Notes: generated from the sequence alone by a model not told the origin. Numbered from the stretch's first letter, positions 1 through 13,530 are shown. The stretch is 64,000 bases of DNA from Marsupella aquatica (GCA_973895155.1 OZ316894.1:12874828-12938827), one strand, 5' to 3'. Numbers and translations are program-made.

Positions 1-3000
1 GCATTGATGCTGCTCGTTGTGATAGGGATGCTTGTCTTCTGTCATCATTCATGTCCCTGCCCATAACTAAGGCAGATGCTGCATTGTACATATCACGTAC
101 TGCCTCAAGGCCCATATCCATCATTCGGTTCCTAGGCAGTGCATCAGGGTCCACGGGAACTGCGTCTTTACCACTCCATTTGTCTTCTCCAACTTCGACT
201 CCTGCACCAAATGTGAAGTTCTCGCTCGTAGCTTGAGAACTCTGTTTGGGGTCCAGTTTGACCCCTACAGGCAAACTTATATCCAAAGCTGATGTTACCT
301 CTGCCGGCTCCCTGGCCTCTGCCCTAGCTTGAGCCCATGCCTCTGCAATATCAGAACTTGGACCGGCTTCCCAGGCTAACCTCAACTTTTGACTTGCAGC
401 ACTTGCAGCACTTGCAGGCGATGCCTGGGCGGGAGCCTGTCTTGCATCTGCATTTCTTATGTCTTCTCTAATCGGTGATCTATGGTTATAAACTGACGAT
501 GATCTCTTTCCGAGAGATCGGCGTGGTGGTGGCCGGTTTCCTTTCTGAGGCGAAGGGCTTCGATCAATGCTAGGTCTCAACGTCTTGGTCCCACCTACCA
601 ATTTTTCTTGGATCAATGAGGAAGAGTCATTGTCACACATTGCTCCGTTGGGAACAACAGATTCCTCAGCCGATGTCTTTTCCTGGAAGCTTTCCAAAGA
701 GCCTCTGTTTGCACTCTTGGATGTACTAGCGAAAGAACTGTACCCAATTTGTTTCAAATTCCCACTTTGCTCAGCGGTGTTGATGCCAATCATGGATGGT
801 ACTCCAAATTCGCTGCTATCGTTGTCTGAAAATTGACTAGCACCCTGGTGTTTGTTTACCCTGAAATCGACTCTAGCTCGTCAGAGGATACCACCATAAA
901 ATGCAATCATGAAGGCAAAACTTGGTATTGGTGATAACAAAAGCCTGAGGAAATCGATGTGCATCTCTGAAGCAGTGATTCACGTCACTGATAGTCTCCC
1001 GTCAGCTTTCTCAAAATGCTGGGCCTGCTCAACTTTGAACAGACGGTTTTCCCACTTCACAGTGACGTTTAGACCTTCCGAAAAGTGAACATGCCTCTGT
1101 TCAAAGTTGAGTTGAGCAGGCCTGGCATTTTGAAAAAAATGGTTACTAGGAAATTCCATTGCATGATAAGATGAGCCTCGAGGTGCTAGTTTAATATATA
1201 GGTAGTACCTGGCGATGATTATTGTCGCTAGTTTTACTTTGCTCTCCAGCATTGGGTTCCTCACAGTACTGATTATCAATTGTAACTCAGGACCCAAGGT
1301 TTGATGGAGAAACGATTTCCAAGCTCCCAATTCTTCCTTACTTTGATCCAAACAGCTAGCCACAGTGCACAGCACCAATCGTTTGGCTCCCTGAACATCA
1401 GTCAGAATTTCAACGGTAAATCTTCCAGATCTCTAAAGGACCAATAGGTGCAGGATGCATGCCCACATCTTTCAACCTGGGTCACCAATGAAATGCATAT
1501 CTCTTCCACTGGCAACATACATTCGTGATTGGAGTCATGCATCATCTGCACTAGCTGTCTTGCAAGTTCTCATAAACAAGGGGAAAAAACGGTACTCTAT
1601 TTGACTTACAAAAGGACGATAATCAGAAATCGGGGCCTCAGCCACAGCCATCTCGATAGCTTCTCTAGACGTATCTCCTCTTCCAGAACCCAACCAGGCC
1701 CTGCCTGCATGTTGCAGAATCTGCAGCCATTGAACGCTCGCTCTTGTTGAATAATCTTTAAGTACACTACCATCCAAATTAGGCACTCCCCCTCCTTCAC
1801 TTCCATAGATCTACTGTTGATAAAGGGAACTACTAACATCAGACAAATTTAAGGTTGTGCTCTTTCCCTACACCATAGGCCAAACTTAAACCCAAATTTA
1901 GATCACCCACACCAAGAGGACAGCAATAGCTATAAGTGCTCAATTTGACGAAAAACAGAAATAATGTCGGTAGGATCGATGAAGGGCGGGCCCAAACCTT
2001 CATCATATCGTCAGCTGTGGCATGATTACGCTCGATCTTTGTATCGAGTGACACATCAGCATTTCCCTGCTCAAAACTACACACAAGTCAGCCTGTGAAG
2101 CAAATGGATAGTTCACTGAGATTCAGAGGAAAGTTGTTCCGAGAACTTTTGGAACGATGGTCATAAGTAGGTCATAAGTACAAAACGAAACGTCAACAGC
2201 TGAAAATTGCATAGCAAGAGAATCCTACCGAAAGAAGTTCAGCAATGGTTTTGATGCTGAGTAAAACAGCATTTTTAGCTAGAGTGGATGCTTCTGACAC
2301 AGTCACTATATCTCTCCTCAATAATCCATCCTGCTCCACCACTGTACAGAGAAAAGCAATATCGTTACGTAATGCAACTATCGAGTGTCGCAAATAAGAC
2401 ATGAAATACGATCAGAACTTGAATGGCAATGCAGGCCAGCTCACCTAGTAAGATATCGGTGCATCCAAGCAGATCATCAATGAGTTGATTGGCCTGTCGA
2501 TAGATCACTATGTCAGCTTCACTTCTCGAGAGCAAAGGTTGACTTTCCTCTCAGAAACGTAAAATGGGACCCCAAAGTCAACTAAACAAATTGACATGTC
2601 AGCCCGTCCAGCTTCTACTTATCCCACTCCACAAAAGCAATGTAGTGAAAAGAATACGTTCTAAATGTGTCCTGCATCCAAAGGGCTAACACATGTATCA
2701 AGGATCGTACATAGTCGGAATTCGGGAATGCAACGGCTGCGGCCCAAAGCTTAAAATTTATAGAATTCAACGACACCCATCTGACAAACTGAGAAATATC
2801 AACACGAGAAGAGCTAGCTAAAATTCGTTGAAAAGAAATATCTTCAGACAAGGGACGCATTATTAATAATCTTAACAAGACAGATACCTGTTCCAAGCGC
2901 TTTGGGCCCTCAAACATAAATGGTTGTATGAATATGCCAACAGCAAGACACCCTCTAGACCGGACTCCTTTGAGTTGTTCTGGTACAGTTCCTAAGCCAA

Positions 3001-5015
3001 CACCACTTCCAACTCCAAGAACCTGACACCATGAATAGGGTGACCGTGATAAATATCTGACACAGTTATTCTTAGAGGAACCAGATAATGCTTCGAGTAA
3101 AATCCAGGAAAGTTAATTACAAAGCCAGGTGAGACAGACGAATATACTGTACGACATTTCTCCATAGAATTAAGATTTTTAACTGACCCTCGCTTTATAA
3201 ATACGAGTGACAAAATTTAAACGATTCAACGACAACATCGGAAGATTGATATCAACATTTAGTAATAGTTAAGAATTGGAACAAACCAGAAAGACTGTAT
3301 CCTCGTTGCTGTCATGAGAAATGGGCGTATCTGTTTTGCCTTCATCATCTGGCCAGGTAAACCCAGACAAAAATTCAATGGCAGACACGTCAAGTCCTGC
3401 CCATGGCTAGTAGGAAACAAAGATAACCTCCAACTAAACGATCACACAGAACTCCTGTTCGAGGTGCTGTTACCCGTAAGTTCGTTACTAGTTGGTAGAT
3501 TGTTCCGACATTAAAACAGTGTGGATTCAGATTAAAGGCGGAAAGTTTGCATTCACAGCCCGGTTGATTTCCAGATCACAAGCAATATCCCTTTCGCTTC
3601 GATTAAACGAAAATTGCGGATGGACTACATTTCTACTAGATCTAACCTCGCATAAATGCCTTGTACCAGACTAGAAAACCAATTAGGAGTTTACAAGAAA
3701 AAGAAAAAAAAATCCTCACCGAATCCATTCCTAGCTGACTTTGATAGTTCAATATTAGACGGCAGAACAGGTTCAGACGCCACGTCTGAGCTATACCTGA
3801 AATGAATACGGCCGAATCGGTTGGGTAAGATCTCATGATGGAATATAAAGCCCAGCAAGTCTGCGCCATTTTGACGATATCGGACATGGAACTAGGTTTT
3901 AAAAGTAAAAACTACTGCGATTAAATGTATAAGCTACATAACAAGAATTTTGTTGTCCACTTGAGCCACGTAATAAGAAAAATTTTGAATCCTTGTCGTG
4001 GGTGCTTGACAAATTCTTCAACCTCAACTCTATTCAAGTGGACGAGCAAAGTTGCCCAGCAGGCCCTCACACCAAAAAAAAAACCTATTCTCCCTAGAAA
4101 AAAACACGTATTCTCCCTCCACACAGCCACTCGTCTTGCTTTCAGTGCCCAGGTGTTGTCTGCAGATCCACAAGATTCGTTCGCTCGACCTCCAATCCCC
4201 TGATTGTCTAAGGTCTGTAAAGATTACAAATTGAACTTGGAAGTATCAACGACAAATTGTAGTTCGAAGATCCACCAGAATTGTGCTGTAGGAAGAAGGG
4301 AAGACTGTTGACAAAAGCTCAAAATCGCAGAAGCTCCTGCCCCGGCGGCAACCACCTTGGCCTTCGCTCCATGCACTTCAGGTGATACAACCAGTCCATT
4401 ACCTGCCAATGTTAAAGCAGTGAAATCGTCCTGCTGCCCTCGGACCTCGTGCTTATAGTTCCCGCAGTGACTTCCCTGCCTCTGAGGGCTGCGCACAAAT
4501 TTGGCGGGAGCATTCACGAATTTAAAATTTGTCGACCTTTTTCCCTCGGTGGCCCCCCTGAACTCGCTTCTCCAACTCCCAAGACCACTATTCAGAGCTC
4601 GTTTCCCATGCGTACGATCTAATCTCGCGTGAGAATGGGACTTCCTCTTGTATGGATGGACGACGAACATAATCTCTTTCCTCCACTGGCATTCCAGGCC
4701 CAAGATGTACAACGCTGCGCCACTCTGAAAGGTCAAGTCCATCCCGCCACCTAAAGCAGAAACACCATAACCATTCTTCGCGGGAATTACCGTCCTTTGA
4801 CAGTCATCGTAAGCGAGAACATTTCCTCCAAGACTGCCAAAACTTGTAAAACCCCTGAACTGCTCCAGCGAGTACGCCCGTCGGAAAGCCGGATGACCTG
4901 TGGGAGGGAAAACCATACTGGACATATTTGTTCCAGTCCGATTTCCGACCTGGACCTCCATTGCACGGAGCTGGGGTACCGGCCAGATGGCACGAGCTTC
5001 GACCCACGGTAGCAT
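1..5015 (-). CDS. ARC3: ARC3 chloroplast division protein (FtsZ-like domain plus middle domain); multi-exon, 3' end (MORN repeats) lies outside the window
   Basis: GT-AG exons read on the minus strand: 5015/4961-~4276 (transit-peptide-like, ending KVVAAGAG...QFW), 3022-2888 (VLGVGSGVGLG...LAVGIFIQPFMFEGPKRLEQ, FtsZ-like), 2493-2445, 2341-2229 (EQDGLLRRDIVTVSEASTLAKNAVLLSI), 1810-1610, ~1432-1209 (LCTVAS...LIISTVRNPMLESKV), 1121-984 and 860-1 (open to the edge, ending SLSQRAASM as just before the ARC3 MORN region). Exons between 4276 and 3022 were not resolved. Confidence 0.85.
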
Positions 5016-5424
5016 AGGGCAGCCACCCCAACCAAGTCAACGAACCTCCATGCGGGCATGCAGGATGTGGTGCGCGAAATTGAGTAAATAATTAGACCCA
5101 CGGGGCGCGGAAAATCTACGACATCCGGTAAGGACTGGAGAGGAGAGTCGGAGGAGAGAACCTACTTGTGAGAACCTCTAGTTAAATTTATATCAGGTTA
5201 ATGTTCTCCCATATTCCTGGGCCTGTACATTGTCCTTCCTAATCCAGGATGTTGCTACCTCTTTGGCCCAAGTTTGACAAAACATAACCAAGACTTTACC
5301 ATTCTGTCACCCGCTTTGGCTCGATCAACTTTGTGCAGTTGACTTTAGGTTTATCTTTTGGCACCCTTCACATTGTGTCGCCCATTCCGGCCTGATTGAC
5401 TTTGTGCGCACCATCACCTTCTTC

Positions 5425-5895
5425 CTTGTGGAATCATGGTTCATGTTCTGGCAACACTTTTTTCCAACCGAGTCATGCTTGCTTTGTAAGAGAGTCTCAT
5501 GTTAGTGTTGAGAGAGAGCCTAGTACTTTGCTTAAGAATCATGATCAATTGATAGTCTTGATTGATGTTCTACCAAATGTTTCTTCTCTATGAAGTTGTG
5601 GTTTATGTTTCTGGCAACACTTATTTCCAATGAAGTCATGCTTGTTTCCTAACAGTGTAAGTGTTCATGCAGAGCTTAGTACTTTGGTTATATAAGAATC
5701 ATGATTGGTAGAGGCTTGGTTGATGTTCTGCCAAATGCTTCTTCTCTATGGAATTGTGGTTTATGTTTCTCACAACATTTCTTTCTAGTGGAGTCATGTC
5801 TATTTCATAATCGAGTCTAAGTGTTCAAGCAAAGCCTAGTACTTTGGAAAAAGTCATGATTAATGATAGAGTATTGGTATATGTTTGGGCAAATT
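5425..5895. repeat. Degenerate tandem repeat, about 3 copies of ~160 bp
   Basis: The block TGGTTYATGTTTCTGGCAACAC...GAGTCATG...AGTACTTTG...TCATGAT recurs at about 5430, 5590 and 5748. Confidence 0.8.
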
Positions 5896-6750
5896 AACTT
5901 GGGCCGGAGCAGACAGCAGCATCAGGGACTTGGGCCGGAACGGGTGACAGCAAGTGAAGGGGTGCCAGAACAAAAACCCAAAGTCGATTGCACAAAGTTA
6001 ATCGGGTCGGAGCAGGTGCCAAAATGGTAGAGTCTTGGTTTATGGCCAGAGCGGCCAGTGTACGGGGCCCCAGGAATATGGACACGGTGTAGATTTAACA
6101 CGTGGTCTTGTGAGATGAACTCTATGTTTCAAGAGCAGAAGAGGGTTCTAAACTTCTGATTCATGTATTGGGTAATGACGGGTTTGGTATTACTAGTCAG
6201 TAACCCCGTGGCCGCAGAGAAGCTTTCTGAACTTTGGGGAAACAGATTTCAGACTCCAACCCAAAGAGTCTATATCATACATAATACCTGTCCGGGAAAA
6301 AGATTATGAGGTAAGACTGTCTGGGCATAGGGTTATGGAAATGGTAGCACCTAGTAGAAAAGGTTACACACGGGTTACCTTTCTTCTTGACAGGAATTAA
6401 GATAAAAGCACAAAACTGCAAAGCCATCCCGTAGAAGCGCATCTGTTTAAAATTTATTTTAGAAATTGATGTAAATATTAAGAATGCTCTAAGCATCTGG
6501 GTTTGAAGCGACTGACTTTTCAGTGGATACTATGGTGTTAAAGTTACAAACTGAAATCAAGAGGATAATATTTTGGTGTTGCATAGTATACTGGAATAGA
6601 AAATGATTAATCTTTCGTGTAGATCCTACAAGAACCGGGATGTTACCATGGTATAAAGTATGGTAGTGTTGTTCAGGCTCTCAAAGTACTTGCGAAGTGG
6701 TGCAGGTTACAGCCACAGGCCAAAAGAGCATATCAGCCAGCACCTACAAG

Positions 6751-6846
6751 ACAAGGGATGGCAGGAAGTCATGGCACTAGGCAATCTATAAGAAAATCTA
6801 TACAACAAGGGATGGCAGGAAGTCATGGCACTAGGTGATCTATAAG
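6751..6846. repeat. Short direct duplication (~42 bp, 54-bp period)
   Basis: ACAAGGGATGGCAGGAAGTCATGGCACTAGGYRATCTATAAG at 6751 and 6805. Confidence 0.85.
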
Positions 6847-7935
6847 AGGGTCTGCAACTGCTGGCACAAAATTGACCAAGAAAATTATGGAGAAATATAC
6901 TGTCCATTTAGTACAACCATGTTCTTGTGAAAGGGTTAACCACACAGCTTTAACTATATAGTCTCATAAGAGTATGGTTGGTCTGATAACTCCTGGCCTG
7001 CACCTGGTTGGTTGCCATACCCATATCCCTCCAAGAATTAAGAAATGCTTCCCAAACAACTAGAATGCACCCCCCAAACCATTCAAAATTGGTGCTAAAG
7101 CTCATTTACAATATTGACTTTCATGCTAGCTTCCATCCCATAATTAGCCCTCTTTCGAACAGGGCAGTAGCCCTCCAGCATACATCCCACAATCTGTGGC
7201 CCATAGCTTTTTGGCCTGCACCCATAGGGGCTCCCCCTTCCATTCCATAGCCCTCCACCCTCCATCCTGAAACTCTCGGGTCTCCATCCCAAAACCCTCC
7301 GGTCTCTAGCCCGTACCTCTCCCCATCCATCCCATAGCCCACAGCCCTCCATCTCATAGCTACCCACCACCCTCAGTCCCATGATTGGATGGCTTTTCAA
7401 CTATCATGCATGTTCACTGTTTGTGCGAATGAGTTTTTTCAGTGACAATAAAAATTTTAGGTTTCGTTTTTCTCCTCCAAGCGCAAAATACATGAAAAAG
7501 AGCGGAACTTTGAGTATTTGAAACCAAACAAGTGCGCCCCTTCAATGAGCTTGTACATTTGCGTTGTTGCGTGTCCCCAAGCACTAGGGTACCGCGATGT
7601 GTAGATTCTCTAATAAGCCCGGCCCAAAGTGCTCCGTACTTGCATCTGGCAACATAAGCCGACGCCGCAGTGCATCAGCAACTCAGCAACCTGTGTGAAT
7701 CACCGTCTCCGAATCAGCGAGCAGATACGGTACCGTGGTCGTCCCGTCACCGCAGAGAAAATTTATTGCGAGCACAGACAGCTCAGGGCAGCTCCGAGGG
7801 ACTACGTGGAAACTCCTAAACTCCAGCGCAACTTTGCCAGCCCCAGGTAGGCGAGTAACAAGTACTTCAACCTGCAGAGAGGAATTGTTTACAGCAGAGC
7901 AGCACAATCTCGGGGAGCGGAGACGATTGTCAGCG

Positions 7936-10724
7936 ATGGCGATGAAAGAAGTGGGATTTCTCGGTCTCGGCATCATGGGCTCGGCTATGGCGTCCAATCT
8001 GCTTAAGAACGGGATTCCCGTCTGCGTCTGGAATCGCTCGTCCGACAAGGTAGGTGTACCCTACTCAAACAGTGAATGAGTGATTACGAATTTCACTTTC
8101 GGACTGTACAGTACTAGATTCTAGATTTTCACTCGTCGGAGAGCACGAGCTGAAGCGAAGGTCCATCGCTGCAAATTCTTGATAAGAGGTTTACTGGACG
8201 TTCAATATCTGCACTGCAGAGTTTGAGCTCATAGGAAGGCCCATTGCTTCTCTCAAGTGTCAGTGTTCAAGCGTACGTTGATTACTTCAATCGTGAGTTA
8301 AATTTGATGCGAAGGTCCATTGCTGCACTCGAGATTCCGAATAATTGCCAATATTGCCAATATTAGACTGAAAAGAATTCAAAATGGTTGAGTCCAAATA
8401 AGTAGACATGCTAACGATGAAAAATTGGAGCGAACAAGGTCCTCAAACCTCCGACAAGATTGCATGGACCCTATCCACGACACTGGAAATTGAAGAATAT
8501 CATGATTTTGAAGCTCCAAGTTGCTCGTTTCTGGAACTCGTAATGCCTTTACACGGTTGATTTGTTGGCCTTGTGTTTATGCTTCGTGCTCCTGATGACG
8601 TGTGCAGACTGAACAGCTCGTGGCGAAGGGCGCCTCATCTGCAAAATGCCCGGCAGAAGTGGTGACCAAGTGCGGAATCACTTTTGCGATGCTAGCAGAT
8701 CCCGCTGTTGCTCTATCGGTGAGATCAAACTTTCCTTTGCCCAACAGCTTGAAGAATGTGACAATGTCAGTATAGTGGTGAACCGTTCAAGTAGGTCATC
8801 ACAAGTGGGACGAGGAAAATGTGGCGATAGTTGAATGGGGCTTTGTAAGTACAAGGACTGAAGAACAGATACGCAAAGAAGAACAGTGCCTTTTTGAGCT
8901 TTGATTTTGATCCTACGGCCTTGATGGCAGGTAGCTTTTGGTCCTGAGGGTGTTCTGGAGGCAATGACTTCGGGAAAGGCATATGTGGACATGTCTACTG
9001 TCGATGTAGAGACATCAACAAAAATCAGTAAGGTTTGATCTCTTATGCGAATTTTAGCGCAGTCAGTTGAACTCGTTCTCTTTCCTTCCCCTCAACGACA
9101 GCTTTCATCAAGTGGGAGTCCCCTTCAAAGGCAAATGACACGAATTTGACTTCCGAATTTATTTATTTATTGTGATGGTGGTGCTCCTGACTGTGTCCAG
9201 ATTTTTACTGTTGCGGGTAACTTATAATAGTGAAGTCAACGGAACCTTTTTACAGAACATTTCGCAATTCGCACATATCATGGTCGATCGGATCATATGG
9301 ATACCAGATGCATTGCAAGGAAATGTCTCCAGAAGGGTTGAAAGAGCTCACTGGACTTTGAAACTCCAGTTGTTGTGTGAGACGTGTCCAGGGAGATTGT
9401 CCTTCCCCCAATTCTACTGCACAGCGATTCATTGGTTCCCTCTGAAACACCTCCTAAAGTATTCGCAGTTTTTTGTGGCACGGGTTAGTCTGAGCAGTGT
9501 GTACCACAATTATGAAATTCGGATGTGTAGGCAGTTATTAAAAAAGGAGGACGATTTCTAGAGGCGCCTGTTTCGGGAAGCAAGGGTCCTGCTGTAGCTG
9601 GTGCTCTAGTAATTCTATCGGCTGGTGATAAGGTTATAACATCCTCTCCATGGCAACCTTATAACCTGGAAATTGAATTAGACGATCAAGTATTAGCTTC
9701 ATCATGGTGTCTTGTGGGCCATAGAGAAGGGCATCACATTATCGCTGTCATTTTAAGTGTTTGTTGTTTGTTCTTTCGTTCAGTCTGCAGTCACTCATGC
9801 TTGCTGTTGTCAATGGCAGTTGTTGTATGATGAGGTCATACCGGCCTTTGATGCCATGGGGAAGAAGTCATTTTATCTTGGAGAAGTTGGCCATGGGGCC
9901 AGGATGAAGCTAGTTGTAAACATGATTATGGGAAGGTAAGACTCTACCTTTTGTATTTAAGTGTATCATCATCTCTTGGTGGGATCAGAACTGTCTTCCG
10001 TGTTCGCTTGTGCACCATTGTTCTATTGACCTTCCATCCTACGCGGCCAACATTTGATAATCTTCAACTAGTTCGCTTTTCTCCCGCTTGACTCTTTGCA
10101 GCATGATGACGGCTTTCTCAGAAGGCCTTTCTTTAGCAGACAAGGCAGGTCTAAACCAAAACGACCTTCTAGATGTTCTGGTAATCTCTATGAGCCGTTG
10201 AGCGAGTGTTTATAAGCTTGAGAGATTCTATATTCAACGGAAACTTTTTCGAATTATATAGCGGAGATTGTTGGTTGTTAACAGTGAGTGGGATCGCTCT
10301 AATGCGGATAAAATGATGGTTATGTGGGCAGGACCTTGGCGCCATAGCAAACGGCATGTTCAAATTGAAAGGCCCAAGCATGATCAAAGGGGAATTTTCC
10401 CCTGCATTCCCTTTAAAGCATCAACAGAAAGATATGAGGCTTGCCCTGGCCTTAGGGGATGACCTGGCTCAGACAATGCCAGTTGCCGCAGCGGCTAATG
10501 AGGTATGAAGCTCAACTCCAAAGTGATCTCCAAGTTTTGCATATTGGTGTTAACTTGTCCAGAAGAATAGAAGTGAAATTGAGCATTTCATGTTAGCACT
10601 CTGTGAACTGAAGAGACGTGACTTACGGTGGGAATTTGCGTTGTTTTTCCAGTTGTATAAGAAAGCCAAAAATCTTGGGCTTGGAGATAAGGACTTCTCA
10701 GCAGTCCACAGTACAATTGCCTGA
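7936..10724 (+). CDS. GLYR1: Glyoxylate/succinic semialdehyde reductase 1 (cytosolic type, beta-hydroxyacid dehydrogenase family), 8 exons, complete
   Basis: Exons 7936-8049, 8608-8718, 8931-9032, 9531-9632, 9820-9935, 10102-10180, 10332-10502 and 10653-10724 are all GT-AG and in phase. Motifs: GFLGLGIMG (Rossmann), [40 protein letters not shown]. No transit peptide. Confidence 0.95.
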
Positions 10725-12142
10725 AGTCGAATCCTGGAGAGCACCATGACGATTATGTGAAGTCGATATTTCTGGGAAAGTGTTCTTCCCATAAACAAAG
10801 AGACGCTCAGAGTGTATTACTGCCCCAACTCTGCAAGGGAAAGGATAGCCTTCGAGGGTCTCCTTACTTCTGTGTCCAGATTCAGTGACATATATTTGTT
10901 AAATAGTTGGCAAAAAATATTCATATGTAAATCAGAGTGTAATGGCGCCCCATTCGGACCCAATGGATGTATCTTGTAGAAGACTGGTGTATCTTGTAGA
11001 CCTGTCCTATGCACAGTGATAACGTCACCCGGAATGTTGCACCATGCTCCAATTTCATGGTCTACATTCTTCACTTTTAAGTCGGTAGGTACTTATCGGA
11101 GGTTTGTCTTCACACATATTAGAACATATCGGATCTCAGAGCTGGCTGTCTCGACGAATGTGTGCGATTGAGTATACTCCGAACCAATGTAATACGAATG
11201 CCTGTCGTCAACATTTAATTCACCCAGTAGCGATGCCTAGAGACCGCTCGATGGGGAATTCAGAGCTTGATGAAGACAAATTATAAGCATTGAAAAACTT
11301 CGAAAATATTAAAGTGGTAAATTGGGGAACGGATGTGATCATGTTGCCAGTAGGCAAGCTAGCAGCAGGAAAATGTCTTCCACCTCAAAATAAGATCGTC
11401 AATAGCTACTTTCCTCGGTCCTTTATTTATTGTCATGCTGATGACGGAACCCATTTTGGAGATTTTAAAGTCGGCTAGAGCTTGAAAATTATAAGCTCAA
11501 GCCCACCTTTGTACTGTGTGCCTAGACAAGTCCATCTTATATTTTTTAAGAATATTAGGAGAGATTTGATCGTGGAACCAGTACATGAATTTTTACGCTA
11601 GTGTGCTGAATTAGTAGAGGGTTGTTGATGTTAGGCCTGGCTGAAGTGAAAGCCATGGCCCTCGGTTGAGGTTGCAAGCTCTGACCTCATGATGCAAAAA
11701 ATGTGTGCAGGTCAATTGGAATTTTCTACAAAAGTAAATCTATGACCGTCATGCACCACCGATCTCTTGTGCATCTTCATACTAAGGTTGTCCCTGACCT
11801 GCCACAAGGCCAGAGGAAATACATAAGATTACGGTGGACACAGAGTTATTGGAGAAGAGTCGGAACGATTTGTGTGAGTCCAGAGAATTGCCTGAGATCC
11901 CAGCTGAGAAGGGATACACATCCTCCAACATCTAGAACTTTTGTCTTGCACGACGTATAGATGTGGTTTATTTCATTTTGTCATTAGTGAAGCCCTCAAC
12001 CCCTAAATAAGCGCCACACGTAGAGAAAGAACTACATGGGCTGGGGTTTGAGGCAATTGAAGGGGCAATAAATCGAAGGGGAGAATAAGATTTTCTTTGG
12101 AGCTCACTTAGAAGACAGAACGTGTTGGAACTTTCAACAGCA

Positions 12143-12213
12143 TGGACCGGCTAGGAATTGAACCTAGGACCTCCCGTGTACATCGTAGTGCTCTACCACT
12201 GAGCTACAGGCCC
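12143..12213 (-). tRNA. tRNA-like Pol III cassette inside the TRIM LTR (probably not a decoding tRNA; isotype uncertain)
   Basis: GGGCCTGTAGCTCAGTGGTAGAGC...GGTCCTAGGTTCAATTCCTAGCCGGTCCA: intact A box, B box, D stem and T stem, near-complete acceptor stem, poorly paired anticodon stem. Confidence 0.75.
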
Positions 12214-12337
12214 TTTGTGGCTGTATCCATCTTCGTTCGAGTGTGGTTCATTTCCAACACCCACCCTTGAGCCGCACTCGCTACAAGGGAAACTCCTTTT
12301 CTTTGGCTCTGATACCATGTTGGAACTTTCAACAGCA

Positions 12338-12408
12338 TGGACCGGCTAGGAATTGAACCTAGGACCTCCCGTGTACATCATAGTGCTCTACCACTGAGCT
12401 ACAGGCCC
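12338..12408 (-). tRNA. Second copy of the tRNA-like cassette in the other LTR
   Basis: Identical to 12143-12213 except one G>A (12185 vs 12380). Confidence 0.75.
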
Positions 12409-13229
12409 TTTGTGGCTGTATCCATCTTCGTTCGAGTGTGGTTCATTTCCAACAGAACGTTCCCCTTCAGGAGGCGGAAGCAACCCACACCTGAGATCCC
12501 ACACCTGAGATGAAAAATTCATGCTTATTGCACTCTACTGGTTTTTAATTTCAATAGAGCAAGCCTCCCACACTACAGGTGGACGAGGTAAAGAAGTCTT
12601 GGACCCCCATAAGGAGTGGTACAAAATTCTAGCCTCCTACAATACACTCCAACAAAGTAAAGTAGTTCTCAACCCCCATAAGAGTCATTTACAAAAGTTT
12701 TGGTACCATGTGCAGCACCGCCAACTATTTGCATTGCAAACTTGAATGACTATGTTTGTGACAAGAAAAAAGCACTATTGTTCATGTTTAAAGTGATGCC
12801 AGCAAAAAATGCACAGCAAAAAATGGTCAGACTCCAGATTATAAAACACTCAGAAAATTGAAGGGAACATTCCGAACAACAAAGAGGAGGTGGAAAATTA
12901 ATTAATTGTAAACCCTTATTTTCAGAGTATGGCATAATGCCATAAATAATTTATTTTAAAAACACACTTTGTAAGCATCTTTTGTATTCATTTACTTGTT
13001 GTTATGCTCTGTTACCAGAGAGGTTCCAATCTCGACTCTCATTACACTCTTATTAGCGGCTGGCACATCTCTTGGGCACACAGGGAAATGTTGGCTTTGA
13101 ACATCAATCACAAAGACATAGTGAAAGGTGTTGTTGATGACAAGAGGTTTTGTTTCCAGAATGTAAAAGCTCAAACTAGGCAACGAATGCGAAAACTTCG
13201 GCTCAAACTAGGCAACTAATGTGAAAACA

Positions 13230-13530
13230 TAAGAACACACTCAATCACACACTAAACCAACGAAGGCAATGCGCATTGACATTTGTTACCACTTCATGCG
13301 TGAGGCAATTGAGACAAAGCAAATGTTTTTATTTGGAGAAGGTGGGTTTAGAGGGCAATGCTACAAAACTGTTTACCAAAGTTGTACCTACCAATAGCTT
13401 TACACATTGTGTAGATATGGTTGATGTTAGGGACAACCCAAAGAGTTTGTAAATATGTCACTTAGTTACAAATTTTGCTCAGCTTTTTTTATTGTGTAAG
13501 AACTAAAGTTAAGGTGAAGATTGCTAGGCA
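13230..13530 (+). mobile_element. Ty1/copia remnant (RNase H C-terminus and possible PPT/LTR start)
   Basis: Frameshifted translation RIDICYHFMREAIE...EKV...NATKLFTKVVP resembles copia KHIDIRYHFIRE...NPADMLTKPL; followed by AAGGTGAAGAT-TG near 13511-13522. Confidence 0.65.

Larger units (their letters stand above)
12123..12454 (-). mobile_element. Complete TRIM (miniature non-autonomous LTR retrotransposon) with tRNA-derived LTRs, Helenus-like
   Basis: Two 137-bp LTRs (12123-12259, 12318-12454), TGTTGGAA...TTCCAACA, differ at 1 position. The 58-bp internal part has an iMet PBS (TGGTATCAGAGCC on minus, 12317-12305) and a PPT (AAGGGTGGG). 5-bp TSD GAACG at 12118-12122 and 12455-12459. Confidence 0.93.

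Noticed and set aside
7735-7935. N-terminal transit peptide making the gene GLYR2
   Set aside because: The upstream in-frame extension starts at GTG with no ATG before 7936.
12123-12454. Tandem pair of functional tRNA genes
   Set aside because: The anticodon stem does not pair, and both copies sit inside LTRs bounded by PBS, PPT and TSD.
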